From assembly GCA_034780895.1 (NCBI GenBank), contig JAUZTB010000075.1:16075091-16139090 (forward strand): a stretch of 64,000 nt of DNA. Direction: 5' to 3'. The translations under genes were made by a program, and so were the position numbers. Under the pieces are notes generated by a model, which was not told the origin of the DNA, did not search any database, and saw only the letters and a list, made by a program, of their open reading frames with translations. Shown here one piece after another: positions 49,982-63,225 of this stretch. This DNA is from Rhynchobatus australiae (taxonomy: Eukaryota). Positions within the stretch are counted from its first letter, which is position 1. Each line of letters opens with the position of its first letter.

Positions 49982-50140
49982 TAGTCACACATACATCGAA
50001 ACACACAGTGAAATGCACCTTTTGCATGGACTGTTCTGGGGGCAGCCCGCAAGTGTCGACACGCTTCCGGTGCCAACCTAGCATACCCACAATTTCCTAA
50101 CCTGTACGTCTTTGGAATGTGGGAGGAACCTAAAAGCACT
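49982..50140 (-). mobile_element. SINE fragment (same family as 12852-13081)
   Basis: catcgaaacacacagtgaaatgcaccttttgcat shared with ~12862. Confidence 0.85.
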
Positions 50141-51029
50141 GGAAAAATACCACAAATGCCAAGTATAATCCTCCAATTCACCGATAGATAAGCATACCAA
50201 TGCCAGCGACATTTCCCAGGCCAATATCCCCAGCATTGAGTTACTCTCAGTTGATGGGCAGGTTAGGTCGATCACATGCCTGGAACTGAAGCACACTATT
50301 CCAAGCAACAATATCTGCTGGAGGAACTCAGCAGATCGAGCAGTATTTGTGGGAGGAAAGGAATTGTCAATGTTTCAGGTCAAACCCTTGCATNNNNNNN
50401 NNNNNNNNNNNNNNNNNNNNNNNNNNNNNNNNNNNNNNNNNNNNNNNNNNNNNNNNNNNNNNNNNNNNNNNNNNNNNNNNNNNNNNNNNNNNNTGCATCA
50501 GAAACATCAACAATTTCTTTCCTCTCACAGATGCTGCTCGACCTGCTGAGTTGCTCCAGCAGATTGTTTGTTGCTCCAGGTTCCAGCATCTGCAGGCTTT
50601 TGTACCTACCCTCTATTTCAAGCTGTGTCAAGGAAGAAGATTACTAGGCAGACGTAAAAGATTCAAGGATTTGCGCAGTTTCCTTGAAGGGTAACATCTC
50701 CACTGATTTCTAGGAACCTCTGGCCCATGACCAAAGTGGGAAGCAGCATTCGGGATAGTAATGCAAACCTTGAGGCCTGTGTCAGGAACACACCGAGGCC
50801 TTTGTGTCAGCAGCAGGGGAGCACCATCTCACAAACTACTTATTTGCCTGCTTCATCAGCCAGTCCCTGCCCATTGTGGAACAGTCTGCAGTCCCCACCT
50901 CATTAACCATCACAGAAGTCACGAAACAGGGAGAGGGAGATAGAACAGCAGGGGGGAGAAAGAAGAATCTGTCAAAAATCTTTGGACTCTGGAGAGGTAC
51001 TGAAGGTTTGGAAAACTGGCAATACCAGA

Positions 51030-52370
51030 CCCTGCCTCCAAAGGAGTGGGAAGCAAATAACAACAGCCTAATAACTACTGTTGGGACAACATTAGAGTAA
51101 ATTAATAGTGAGGTAATAGCAGAACATATGGAAAGTTATAACCTCCTCAGAGTCAGCATAGGGCAAATAACGTCCTACAAATTTATTCAAGTTCTTTGAT
51201 GAAGTACCAGCAAGAGTAGAGGGAGGGGAACCAGAAGATGTAATATACTTGGATTTTCTGAAAGGTGTTTGACAAGCTGCCAGACAAAAAGGTTACTCTG
51301 CAAGGCAAGATCTCATGGCATTAGAGGCAGTATATTACCATGGGTGGAGGAACACTAACTAGCAGGAAACAGCAAGTGGGGGCAAGGGAGTCATTGGCAA
51401 TTTTTAACCAGTGGGGTGCCTCAGTGCTGGGACTGTAGCCGTTTAGTAATGGTGTAGAGGAAGGAAGTGAATGTACTATAGCCAAATTTGCTGATAATAC
51501 AAATGCAGGGGAAGGCAGCAAGCTGTGAGGAGGATACAAACAGATTATAGACAGATATTAATAGTTTAAACAAAATGATAGCAACTGGAATGTAATGCGA
51601 GAAATGTTAAGTTCCTTTTTCCGATGTGAACAAAGAAAGCACATTATGTAAACAGAACGACTGCAGAAAGCTGCAGCACAAAGATTTGGGGTCCTCATAC
51701 ATGAAATGGAATGCCAGCACATTGGTACAGAATGCAAGGGGGCAAGCTCATGGAATGTTGGCTTTAATTTCAGGGCGGGGGGGGTGGAGAAAGAGGGGGT
51801 ATAAAGTGAAGTCTTACTACAACCATACAAGGCACTAGGAAGATCTCATTGAGTACTGTGTAAAATTTTGGTCCCTTTATTCAAGGAAGGATATATCATT
51901 TGAGGCAGTCCACAGAAGACTCACCAGGATGATCCCAGGTATGGACAGAATGCCTTACAAAGAAAGATTGAACAAATTCAGTCTGCATTCAATGGAGTTT
52001 AAAAAAAAGATGAGAGGTGATGTTACTGAAACCTACAAGATCTTTGGGGTAAATGCCAGGAAGCTGTTCCCCTCATGGGAATCTCAGAGTGCAATGGCTC
52101 AGAATAAAGTGGCACCCATTTAAGACCGAGAAAAGGAAGAATTTCTTCTCTCAAAGGCTTGAGACTCTCTAGAATTTCTTGGCGCAGTAGGTTGTGGATG
52201 CCAATTCCTTGAATGCATTCACAGCTGAGACTGACTTTAGAAATTAAAATCAGTAAGAGAATCAAGGGTTATGGGAAGAGGCCAGGAAAATAGATGAGGA
52301 AATTTGTACCAATTTTACTCTCTGGCAGACAAGACTTGAGGTGACAAATGGTTTATTATTTCTTTTGACA
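51030..52370 (+). mobile_element. Decayed CR1 LINE ORF2 fragment
   Basis: IAKFADNT-like motif (~51478) and MIPGMDRMPYKERLNKFSLHSMEF (ORF 51929). Confidence 0.85.
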
Positions 52371-53223
52371 ACACTAGAGGCAAATGCACCACTTAGGTCA
52401 TTGTAAAATGAAAGTGGACAGGTCCCACATTAAATGCCCACAGTGATGAATGTTCAGCTCAGGTTAGGCAGTTACATTACAATCTGAGCCTCACAAGGAT
52501 AAGACCTCCGAACAAAGGATAAAGACTTAAGATGCCTACAGAGAAAGTGTACACACGTGGTCATCAGGCAAGAAAAACTTAATGCATTGTGAAGACAGCA
52601 GAATTATCTGTTGGTACACACAACCAAAAATTGTGAATAAAATACCAAGGGGCTACAGATGCCAGAGGAACAGCATTCCTACTCAGTCAGCAAGTCAAGA
52701 GAGAGGATAATATTAAAGGATGCCACATTTATAGTTGTAAGAGCGATACAATGTGCTCCGTCTAGTCCTCTTCTGACCCAGAAACATTCACAGATTTTTC
52801 CTTCTATCAGCAAATGTTCAAATACTGATAGACAGCATATACCTGGAAAACAAGAGAGTCACATTGCCAAGGAAATCATGGTTGATCCAATCAGGCCTTG
52901 CTTATGCTGGGAAAGAGCTTTTTTCCAATTTGCTCCATATCCAACCAGGTCAGATCTAATTCCCCAAATATTTTCCCCTATTTGCATGGTTAAAACTGGC
53001 AGCTATGGATAAGTCTATAAACCATTTAGTTAGTCAGAAGTAATTGATTAACTATCATGCCCTTCAATACACAGAAATGAAGCCAATAAATTCACTATTG
53101 TGTAGCATTAAAGGAGTGCAATGTGCAGCAAAAATGAAAAATTAACAAGTGTGATTAATTTGGAAATGTTTTTCCCTTCTGCCTTCTTTGCCTTTCAATA
53201 ATCAGCCCTTATCGATCCTTGTT

Positions 53224-53321
53224 TCTGGCAGTTTTGGTGCGTCTTTGGCCGTTTTTGTGCGTTTTTGCGTCAAAACCGGCAATGACGCCAAAATGGCCAA
53301 AAACGCACCAAAACTGCCAGA
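53224..53321. repeat. CpG-rich inverted repeat / hairpin
   Basis: Arms 53224-53250 and 53295-53321 pair at 26/27 positions. Inner stem gcgtca/tgacgc. Confidence 0.9.
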
Positions 53322-56300
53322 GACACAGAATGGCGCAAAAACTCATCAATCTTTATTGAAATAAATTTCAGTAACAGCAGAAGTTGGTGGCAGCCAAAAT
53401 CTCCGAAGCAGCCAAGTCATGAAATTCAACTGCTGCANNNNNNNNNNNNNNNNTCTACTTCAACTCTGAAACCTCAAGCAAAGCAAGTGACTAAAAGTGT
53501 ATTATCCCTACCCATGCCATATAAATAGGAAACTAGAACAGTTTTTTCTTGGGTGAGAGTATAAAGACTAAGTGGTGCAAAATTGAGTTTTGGATGGGAA
53601 ACTGCGTGATCATTCACTCTGAATTGCAAGGAATAGATCAGCAGCACAGCTAGAGCCACTGCCTCACAACTCCAGTGACCCAGGTTCAATCCCAATTTCC
53701 AGTACTGTCTGCGTGGAGTCTGCACTTTTCCCTGGGACTTGACAATAAAATAGGATTAAAATAAATGGGTCCCTGACATTCAGTACAAACTTGGTGGGCA
53801 GAAGGACTTGCTTCTGTGCTGTGTGACTATATGACAGCATTTCAGCCATTGTCAGCCATGTTAAAAGCATGATATTGAACTTACAAATCTAGGCCTCAAA
53901 GTACACTGTGGAAATAAAAAGCCCAGTATTAAAGTCTCAATCTAGAAAATAACTTGCGTGATATGCAGAACATATACCCACTTTAGGATCTGAGCCAAGT
54001 CTGAAAAGCACAGGCATATACCAAAATAGCCAGGGCAAAAGGATTCTAAATCCTGCTTTAGGTCCATGATATCTGTGTCACATACACCCTCTCCAAGGCA
54101 CTTGCATAAACCAACAACTCTAGATCACCATTTTGGAGTCTAAATTCAGACCTATAAAGACTGCAGAATTCTCAAGACTCCTTGGACACCCATTGGCAAA
54201 ATCAACTTCTCAAACTACTTTGATTATACAGACTGGCTTGGCAATCACCAGCAGATCCCAGGCCCTGTCTGCATTAGTTATCAGATCACCACATTTATGG
54301 AAGATGAATCAGTTCTAGAAATACAGTTTCTACCTTCACACCAGGGACAGTCAATACATCAGCAGGAAAATTGCTAACATCTACTATTGCAAACGTGAAG
54401 CTGCAACAGGGCATTTCAAAAATAATAATTAGATTTGAGAAAGCCAATATAGAATTGTGAAAAGGAAACCTGATTTGATAAGTAGTTAAACACAAGTTAC
54501 AAAGCAGGCGCAGCAAACAATTGGGAAGGCAAATTGTATGTTGACTTTATTACAAGAGCATTTGAGTACAAGAATAATGACATCCAATGGAAATCATGCA
54601 ACACCCTGGTGAGATTGCACAGTGTACAGCTTCAATCGCCATATACGAGTGAGAGAGATTAGACAGGGTGGTTGCAGGGATGAGGCTTGCTCTGACTAGG
54701 GGTACTAGAACCAGCGATCACAGTCACAAAATAAGGGATTGGTCATTGAGGACTGAGATGAACAGAAATTTTTGAACACCAAGGGATTTATACAGGCAAG
54801 TTTTACTGAGATAAAAGATCAGTCATGACACTAGGTAGAAGCACAAAGGGCCAAATGGTCTACTTCCTGTTTGTTCACTTAAAGCATCCCAGTCAATCTG
54901 GGGAAAAGGTGCGCCTTTATGCATTAAACCAGTTTTGATGTTAGAATGATCCAATGTACTTTAAGAGCAATAAATCACTTCTGAATTGAGTTATTGTTTG
55001 GAAACACTGCAACCAACTTGCACACATCAAGCTCCTAAAAACCTCACTTGATAGCGATCAATGTCTCAAGGTTTTAGCCGGGATAAATGCTGGCAGGATG
55101 CCAAAAATTATTTGACTCTTCTTTGAAAGAGTATGTCAGGATCTCATCTCTAACTGAAGGAAAAGACAGAGCCTTGGTCCTTCTCACTCCGACCAATGGT
55201 AGTATTGTGATTCTTTGAAACCCTAGTCCCTAAAAGGTAGGGCCCAAAGTCTCAAACTCCTGATGCAAGTGTACCAACTGAGCCACAGTCCTCAAGAAAG
55301 ATAATCATGAAAAAGCAGCAATAGTTTTCACTGTGTGACAGCTGTTCATAATTCAGGGAAATTGGGTCCTGGATGACTGAGGAGCAGTGATATTCCTCTT
55401 TTATATTTAGTGTACTTATCGCCAGCATCAATAAGATGTCAGTAACAATAAAACCAGCCTTCTGTGCTCAGAGGTCCTTTTCCCATAACAGTTTTTTTTG
55501 CTAGTCTTCCTCATATCCTTCCTGCATGCCTTGCTGTACACACCTATAACTCAAACCATACTACGTGAAAGAGCAGAGACCGTGAAATTGCTGTGGTATT
55601 TTTGTTAAATATTAAATAAATACAATGTGTTGAACACATCCCAAGCATCAATTGGTCTGTGACAACATCTGTGTCACATACACACATACACTCTCAAGAT
55701 CTTTTCATATAGTAACAACACAAGGCCACCATTTTGGAGTCTANNNNNNNNNNGAGTCTAAATCATAAGATGATCCAATTGCTTCAGTCACTTTCCTAAC
55801 CGTGTCTAATTTGGGCCGAAGAAAATAAAAATGAATCCACGTAGTTATAGGCACATTGCCATAGGTAATTGGCATATCTCGCCAAGACCAGCAAAAGGTT
55901 TGCAGAAATAACTAACCATACTAAATTCAGCAAGTCAATTCCACTGGCAATATTTAGAACCATTTGCAAAAATCTGCCATTTATTAAAATAATTAATTTT
56001 AACCTCTGGGGGCAAGTGCATGTATTGTGCATTCCTGAACCACAGATCAGAAAAGTTCCATTGCTCTGCTTAGTTAGCCGATTGTATCTGGGNNNNNNNN
56101 NNNNNNNNNNNNNNNNNNNNNNNNNNNNNNNNNNNNNNNNNNNNNNNNNNNNNNNNNNNNNNNNNNNNNNNNNNNNNNNNNNNNNNNNNNNNCTTCAGGG
56201 CACCAGCCTTAGGCCAGGAGAGTCAAAAAGAAACTGCTACTTAGTTCCAGGACTGCTACCTGGTGACTTCTGCCAGAAAGTCAATGCCTAAGGACATCGT

Positions 56301-57789
56301 TGGAGGCCAGAAACAGGCTTGGCAGTGCTGCATATCATAGATCAAAACCACTTATTGAAAAAACAGAAGTGGTTATGTGGCCGGGGTCCTGTAGCCCTTC
56401 TGGTGAATGCAGAAATGTAAAAAAAAAGTTTAAGTCACCATTTTTAGATGGAGAGTAACTGAGAACCGTGCAATGTAGTGTTTACTTAGATAGGGAGGCA
56501 AAAAGTACACAAGGATTGTTTACACCCAAGAATTGTAGCTCAAGAAATCTATGAGCAACGCCATTAATCCTACACTCAAGCATCTACTCCCACACCTTTG
56601 CACTTCACTACCCCCTCTCCTTCATTAGGCCCCGTTTCAAAACTCATCTTTAACAGTCCCTCTCATATACCACTAATTTCTTCCCGATTCCTGTTGTTGC
56701 TCATCCGTGCCCCATATTGAAATGAAAAGGTCTTTAGTAAAAGCAAGTAACTGGGCCAATCAACATTTTTGCAACATTATTAAATTATACATTGCAAATT
56801 AAATTTCTACAACATTCCCAGGATAAGTAAATTTATATATAGAACTATAAATAAATGTAACCATACAATTTAAAAGACAGCCTTCAGATGGAGGCTTAAT
56901 GAAATGATGCTGCTGATGCCAAAAGAAGCTGTAGCTCTCTGAGACAACCATACTCAAGGGAGGGAGGAAGTGGTAATGGGAGGGGCAGATTTGGAACAGA
57001 GTATTCAAAACTTAGCACTGAAAGAAGTCTTTCCAATGAAAATGTTCATGCTATGTGCTTTAATTAAATGACACAAATGAGAATGTGCTCTGTGGTAAAA
57101 TGTGACTTTGCTTTTATTAAAATCTCAATTACCGTCAAAGAGGGTAATTGAATCTGAGCAATTCTCTCTAGATTTTGTTCATTGTCATAGTTGCCTTTCA
57201 CTGTGAATTTTAAAACATTTTTCTATACACCAGTGATTGTACAGTTGTTCCCTAGCTCTGGAGGTCATGAAACTTATTCCACATTGTTTGGTCTGACAGT
57301 GACAGTAGCAAACCCATCCCTTCATAATTTCATGATCTGTAGCCCAAGGCTGCAAATGATCCAAAGGTACATCTCCATTCATGAAGGATCAAGAGCTACT
57401 CTTGATTAACAGCCTCTAACAATACTGGCAAGCCCTTCAGAGAAGTGATACATTTCCAAATCAATTATCCACCACAGATTTTTCAGTTTATCAACTGATG
57501 GCGAACAAGTTAACATGGACGTTACACCAACTGAGACCTCCAATATTCCAAATCAACACTGATGTATAGATTAGACTGGGGGCCTATCAACAGATTCAAG
57601 AAAAGAAAATTTAAATACATGGAGTAATTTTAGACACCACTGCTTTAGATTTTACTTGCAAGAGCAGGGCAAGATTGAATTCTAGGTGCCACCCAGTTGA
57701 CTTCAAATAGGGAGATACCCCAGCCACCCAGGTAATTTAAAATCAGAAAAGGAGCTTGCCATTTTATATTCTCCACTTATGCATGTATC

Positions 57790-58480
57790 ACTAAAGATTG
57801 GTTTGCAGATGCAACAGGTTATCAAGAAGGCAAATGCAATGCTGAACTTCATTGCTAGAGGGATTGAATTTAAGAGCAGGGAGGTTATGCAGCAACTGTA
57901 CAGGGTACTGGTGAGGCTGCAACTGGAGTACTGCCTGCAGTCTGGTCTCCTTACTTAAGTAAGGATATACTGGCTTTGGAGGCAGTGCTGAGGTGGTTCA
58001 CCAGGTTGATTCTGGAGATGAGAGGGTTAGCCTATGAGGAGAGATTGAGTCATCGGGGACTATACTCACTGGAATTCAGCAGAGTGAGAGGGGAACTCAG
58101 AAACATATAAAATTATGAAAGGGATAGATAAGATAGAGGCAAAAAGGTTGTTTCCACTAGTAGGTGAGACTAGAACTAGGGGTCATAGCCTCAAGATTTG
58201 GAGGAGTAGATTTAGGATGGAGATGAGGAGAAACTGCTTCTCACAGAGAATAGTGAATCTGTGGAACTCTCTGCCCAGAGAAGCAGTGGAGGTTACCTCA
58301 TTAAATATATTTAAGACACAGTTAGATAGATTTCTGCATCGTAGGGGAATTAAGGGTTATGGGGAAAAGGCAGGTAGGTGGATCTGAGTCTACAGACAGA
58401 TCAGCCATGATCTTATTGAATGGTGGAGCAGGCTCAGTGGACCAGATGGCCGACTCCTGCTCCTGTTTCTTACGTTATGT
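57790..58480 (+). mobile_element. Relatively young CR1 LINE 3' fragment
   Basis: ORF 58115..58387 (RTRGHSLKI..FSQRIVNLWNSLP) plus CR1 3'UTR. Confidence 0.92.
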
Positions 58481-60495
58481 TCATGCTTCTGACCAAATGC
58501 ACAGCAGTTTCACTCCTCAAGTAAACAAATCAGACAAGTGCACAAATAGAATTTCTGACCACCTATCAAACCAAAGTTACTCATGAAACAAGAAGGTGGG
58601 CTCACAGCAGGTTTTGGCTTATAAAAGGGTCATGGCATTCAAGCACATGGAAAGGAATTTGATAATTTGTTCAAAGGTTGCCAGGAAAGTAATCTACTTT
58701 GATTCTCCAATTAAAGTTATGCAAGACTTCCAGAGACCAAAACGTAAGCAGTCTGAGAGTTTCACGTGCAATTCCTTCAGCATAAGCCAAGTTTTTAAGA
58801 GCAGAGCTTTATCACTTCACTGAACTGCCTGGATACACCAAAGGAAGCAAATGCAATCAGGATCTGTACATCATTCTTTGGTATTGGGAAAACAGACAGG
58901 AAAGGATCCCAGATTATAGCAAAAGACAAATCCCACAATGCCCAAAACTTCAAATGTTGTTCTGTGTTTAATGAAGCAAAAGAAAAACTATTTTCTTAAA
59001 GTAGTTAATGAGAACATAAACAGAATACTTCTACACAATATATTTGGGACATCACAAAATGACAGAGCCCAAATCCAAATATTTCCACTCTTCTTCACTG
59101 AAGATGTGATATCTTTAGCATCCTGAGCAGCAGCTTTTCAAATTACATCTTACTCCAACTCGTTCAGAACGTAGCTGCTTGCATCAACCCTGCACTAAAT
59201 TCATCCTGTAATCACAATTCATGAAACATTTGTCCTTCAGTGTCTCCTCTATTTACATTTTCAAATTAGTTAAGCATTCTCTTTTAATTGTTCAAGGGCT
59301 GTTCCATTCATGGCTTCCCTCCAACAATGAAAAATTTTCCATATTATTACCACTTTTGCCAAGTGTGAATTCATCTATCCCTTCCTTCTACGTAGATGCT
59401 TGCAGCAAAACCTTAATCTACCACACTTTAAACATTGTTCTAGATTCCTCCACTTCACCTTTTCCTAACTGAACAACCAATTTATTTAACTGTTTTAACC
59501 GTGACAATTAATGGATTTCTCACTCCATGCGCATCTTGCTATGATCCCTTGTAAGGTGCCTCATTGAGTTTATCACCACTTGTTTCCAATCATCTTACTT
59601 AAGAAGCATTAAGTTATATTAAAAACCCTTGTATCTTACTGCCAAGAAAGAATTCAATAATATGCAAAATGCAGCTCAAAGAAAATTGGGTAGGACTTCT
59701 GCATTTGGTAGAAAGTTCTTTTAAAAAAAAATTACACTTGGAACAGGTGTACCCACCAAGCCAACTCCCCCTTTGATACCATAGTATTCACTGAGCTAAA
59801 CTCCATTTTTCCATCCTATTCCCACATTCCACAACTCCTTCGATGCTCAAATTTCTATCAATATTGGTCTTGAACTTACTGAATGACCAAGCACCTTCAG
59901 CCTTCTGATGTACAAACCATGAAATTCACATCCCATTGATTGAAGGGATTTCTAATACTCTCCCTTCTAAGACCATGATTCTAATCTATCCAGCTAAGTG
60001 AAACCACCTCACATTATATCAAGCCTTGCAAGAATACTACATGTTCCAATAAGAGGAAAGGGGATTTTTCGGCAATAAAAATGAAAATGTCAAGAATCTA
60101 GCAAGGATGCCGAACTGCCCTCTCAGATACAGTAGAATGTGATGCAACAGAGCCTTGGTTGGAGAGACTGAGGCTGACAAATTTATGTTTCACTGCCAGT
60201 ATTTCATTAGCTTTTCAACTTGCCAGTTTCCTCTTTAAAAACAGAGACTTATGGCATTATTTAAGGTGATTCTAGAGTTATTAAAAAAAACATCTCAGTT
60301 TCATGCAAAAGAGGGAGTGCTTTTGTCAAAGTTTAATCAGAGTAGGAAATGCAATTATTTCTCTGCTTAATACTGCTGGAGGCAGCATTGGAACAACATT
60401 ACAAAACTGCCCAGCTATGTGGCTATGTAAACAGCATTCAAAGAGACCGATGTTTTAATAAATAGCAGAAGCAATCCAATAAAACTAAAGGATAC

Positions 60496-60597
60496 AACTC
60501 TCAACCCTCTTTCAATTGGATCGACTATGACGAGACCTCGTGGTGCATAGATCTTCTCATTCTGTTCCTGGATGTATTTAGCAATCTTTTTCAACAC
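60496..60597 (-). CDS. GOLGA7: GOLGA7 coding exon, 102 nt
   Basis: VLKKIAKYIQEQNEKIYAPRGLVIVDPIERGLRV (inside ORF 60415..60627). Acceptor ttctttgtttgcag. Followed by the U12-type donor GTATCCTTT. Confidence 0.97.
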
Positions 60598-62918
60598 CTG
60601 CAAACAAAGAATGCAGCAATAATACACAAAATTACTTAAAACCTCATCTGGACATAATCCATGTTACCAATAATACCAAAAGGTTTACACAAAACAAAGG
60701 ATATGGATATAATTTTGCATCCACCTTCATTTAGATACACAAGCCTAATAAGGTAAAGTCTCTCACTAATTCTTAAAGACTAGAAGGACATGGGATCAGG
60801 TTATCAGCCTATCTTTTGATGTGGAATGGCATAATATTAAGAAAAGTGGAAAGTCACTTTACTTTAAAGTTACTTTAAATTTAAATTCAGCTAACTGAAG
60901 TTGTATTTTAAGAAATTTTTCTTCCCCTTCAAAAACATATTAATGGACTGCACACAGTACATCTCAATTTTAATCTGGCTCAATGCATCTGGGAGGAAAG
61001 GGATTATTTCAGGATGGGGGTTGATGGTGGGAGGTGTGGCAGAGGGACGCTGGTTTCTTCATGCACAAGCATATAGCAGGCCCTTGTCAAAATGAAACAT
61101 GCATTATCTGCTCATCAATGTCTGAATGAGTGACTGCAACAATGAGTGACAGAAAAGCAGCCAAGCTGGAGTCTTGAGTCACTTCAGTCCTGCATTCCCC
61201 AAAACTCTCGATGAGCCAGACCTGAAATGGTAGAAGCTGGATCATTTTCCACAATCAATAATATGTGACAGATATCCTCACTGGGAAGATTGTGTGACCA
61301 GTACTCTTTACCTGGCTTATAAAAGGAGCCCTTCATAGTTTAATTAAGTCCTGCATACTTCAAGTCACAAGAAACCCACAAAACGATCAAATCAGTACAC
61401 AGTCAGATCTGATTCAGGTTGGTCAGTTTCTGTAATCTGAATCCAAGTTTTAGTAACAATCTGTGAAAGTTTAACAATTTGCACATATTTCATTAGATTT
61501 CTTTTTATTTAAAGAAAACTTTTTCCATTCACCTCCCATCTTGATGATGTCAGAAATATTTCAATTAGGTAATTTCAGCTAAATAAATTTATATTCCCTA
61601 AAATGATTTTCATTCAAAACTCATCATAACAAGGAAGCTTACAAAAAGCAAGCTGGTGCAGCACTGGTACAGTGCTGATGCACAAAGCAGATTTACAGCA
61701 AATGAGGTTTCACCTCCCTCAAAATAACCGAGCATATTTGAAAACCATCCAAAACGAGGTGGAATAAAAACAATAAATGGTGCAAACACTCAGTGCATCA
61801 GGCAGCATCTGTGAATACAGAAAGTGCTAATAATGTTTTAGGTCAGATCATGGGATGGCTTTATTCAGATCAAAGACTGAAGTTATGGGTCACTAAAGAG
61901 CTCTGCATATAACAGCTGTTTGAGAGCATTTCACCAACTCATTTAACTCTTGTTAGTCCATTCAATAAAGAATTCAACACAATCAACAATGCAGTACATG
62001 CTGTAACTTTGCCAATGGGCTCCACACACACTGATTAAACACAAATGAAAGTGCAAATTTCGGAATTGGGTGTGGGGGGAGAAAACAAAAAGATGCAAAT
62101 TTGAAGAGACAAGTTGGCATTTCTGATCCATGTTCAAGTAGTAACCTGCCCATTTCCTACTTAATCAATGCCGATGAACACGGTATGTTAGCGAAATTTT
62201 CTATTTTTATTCCACATGCACTCATTCAAAAAAAAATCAAGTAATATGTTTAATAACAGATTAGCAAATAATAATTTAGAATAACCTGTACGAAATACAT
62301 TACATTTTGGACTAGAATAACTAGACTGCTGAAAATAGCTCTGCTCCAATCAACCGACTAGAAATTATAACAACGTACATTCTTAAAGTATNNNNNNNNN
62401 NNNNNNNNNNNNNNNNNNNNNNNNNNNNNNNNNNNNNNNNNNNNNNNNNNNNNNNNNNNNNNNNNNNNNNNNNNNNNNNNNNNNNNNNNNNCCAGGGAAA
62501 TAATTTATTGAATCCATCTATAAGCTGTATCTTGATCATCAAGGACAACTCATATGCAAGCGGTTCTGAATGGAAAAGCAGAACCATTGAAAAATATTAA
62601 GTTAAATTGATACTCCACTACTTCAAGTGTCTTACTGCCAGAATATTTCCTGCAGAATGATAACCACGACTAAATAAAATGTAATCAGATTCAAAACACA
62701 AAACATTATTAAACCCCTTCTCCAACCAGGCATTCTATGGATCAGTAAGATTTTCAAAAGCATTTACAGCAGGTTTTGGATGCTTGGGTGGTGAATAGGT
62801 CAGGGTCATAACTATCCTATTGCCACTCCGATTGCTGGAGTAGCAAAGTATAGTGATTGACTTGCAGGAGTCCTATCCATTTACATAACTTGATAGGCAC
62901 AGTGAAAACTTAACTCAC

Positions 62919-63071
62919 CTTTTCATAATGAGTTTCCATGCACAAGAAGATGGTGTATGCAGTCAAGCATGCCAAGCAGCCCTCTAAGTAGGACTGTCCC
63001 CCCACCTTCTCAGCCTCCGCATAAAGGTTGTTTAGTACTCTGATAGTTTCTTCAAACTGCTGTCTGTCAAT
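62919..63071 (-). CDS. GOLGA7: GOLGA7 (GCP16) internal coding exon, 153 nt
   Basis: Translates to [51 protein letters not shown], recognisably GOLGA7 including the palmitoylated CLAC cysteines. Flanked by acceptor cag (63072-63074) and donor AAG|gtgagt. Phase 0 at both ends. Confidence 0.97.
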
Positions 63072-63189
63072 CTGTGGAAAGTACATTACTCACACAGAAG
63101 AGGAATTCAGAAAAGGCACCTTTTATCCCAAACAAACCGATTATTGTTCCCCAAGAATTGAATAAACCAACATTCACGTTTAAACTTAC

Positions 63190-63225
63190 CTCCCGAGCAC
63201 AAATAGAAAGAAATACCCTGGAGTT
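63190..63225 (-). other. Candidate 36-nt alternative cassette exon of GOLGA7 (NSRVFLSICARE)
   Basis: Acceptor ctgattttctttttgcatcag and donor GAG|GTAAGT. Length is a multiple of 3 with no stop in phase 0. Lies 118 nt upstream of the 153-nt exon. Confidence 0.3.

Larger units (their letters stand above)
49379..60495 (-). other. GOLGA7: U12-type (minor spliceosome) GT-AG intron of GOLGA7, 11117 nt
   Basis: 5' site GTATCCTTT at 60495-60487. Branch point TTCCTTAAC at 49401-49393, close to the CAG at 49381-49379, with no long polypyrimidine tract. Both match the U12 consensus. Confidence 0.93.

Noticed and set aside
60415-60627. ORF MYYCC... as a standalone small gene
   Set aside because: Only 60496-60597 is exonic. 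The rest is intron read-through.
49331-63071. Assignment to the paralogue GOLGA7B
   Set aside because: [18 protein letters not shown] and the short SSGR* end match GOLGA7. GOLGA7B has a Ser/Gly-rich C-terminal extension.
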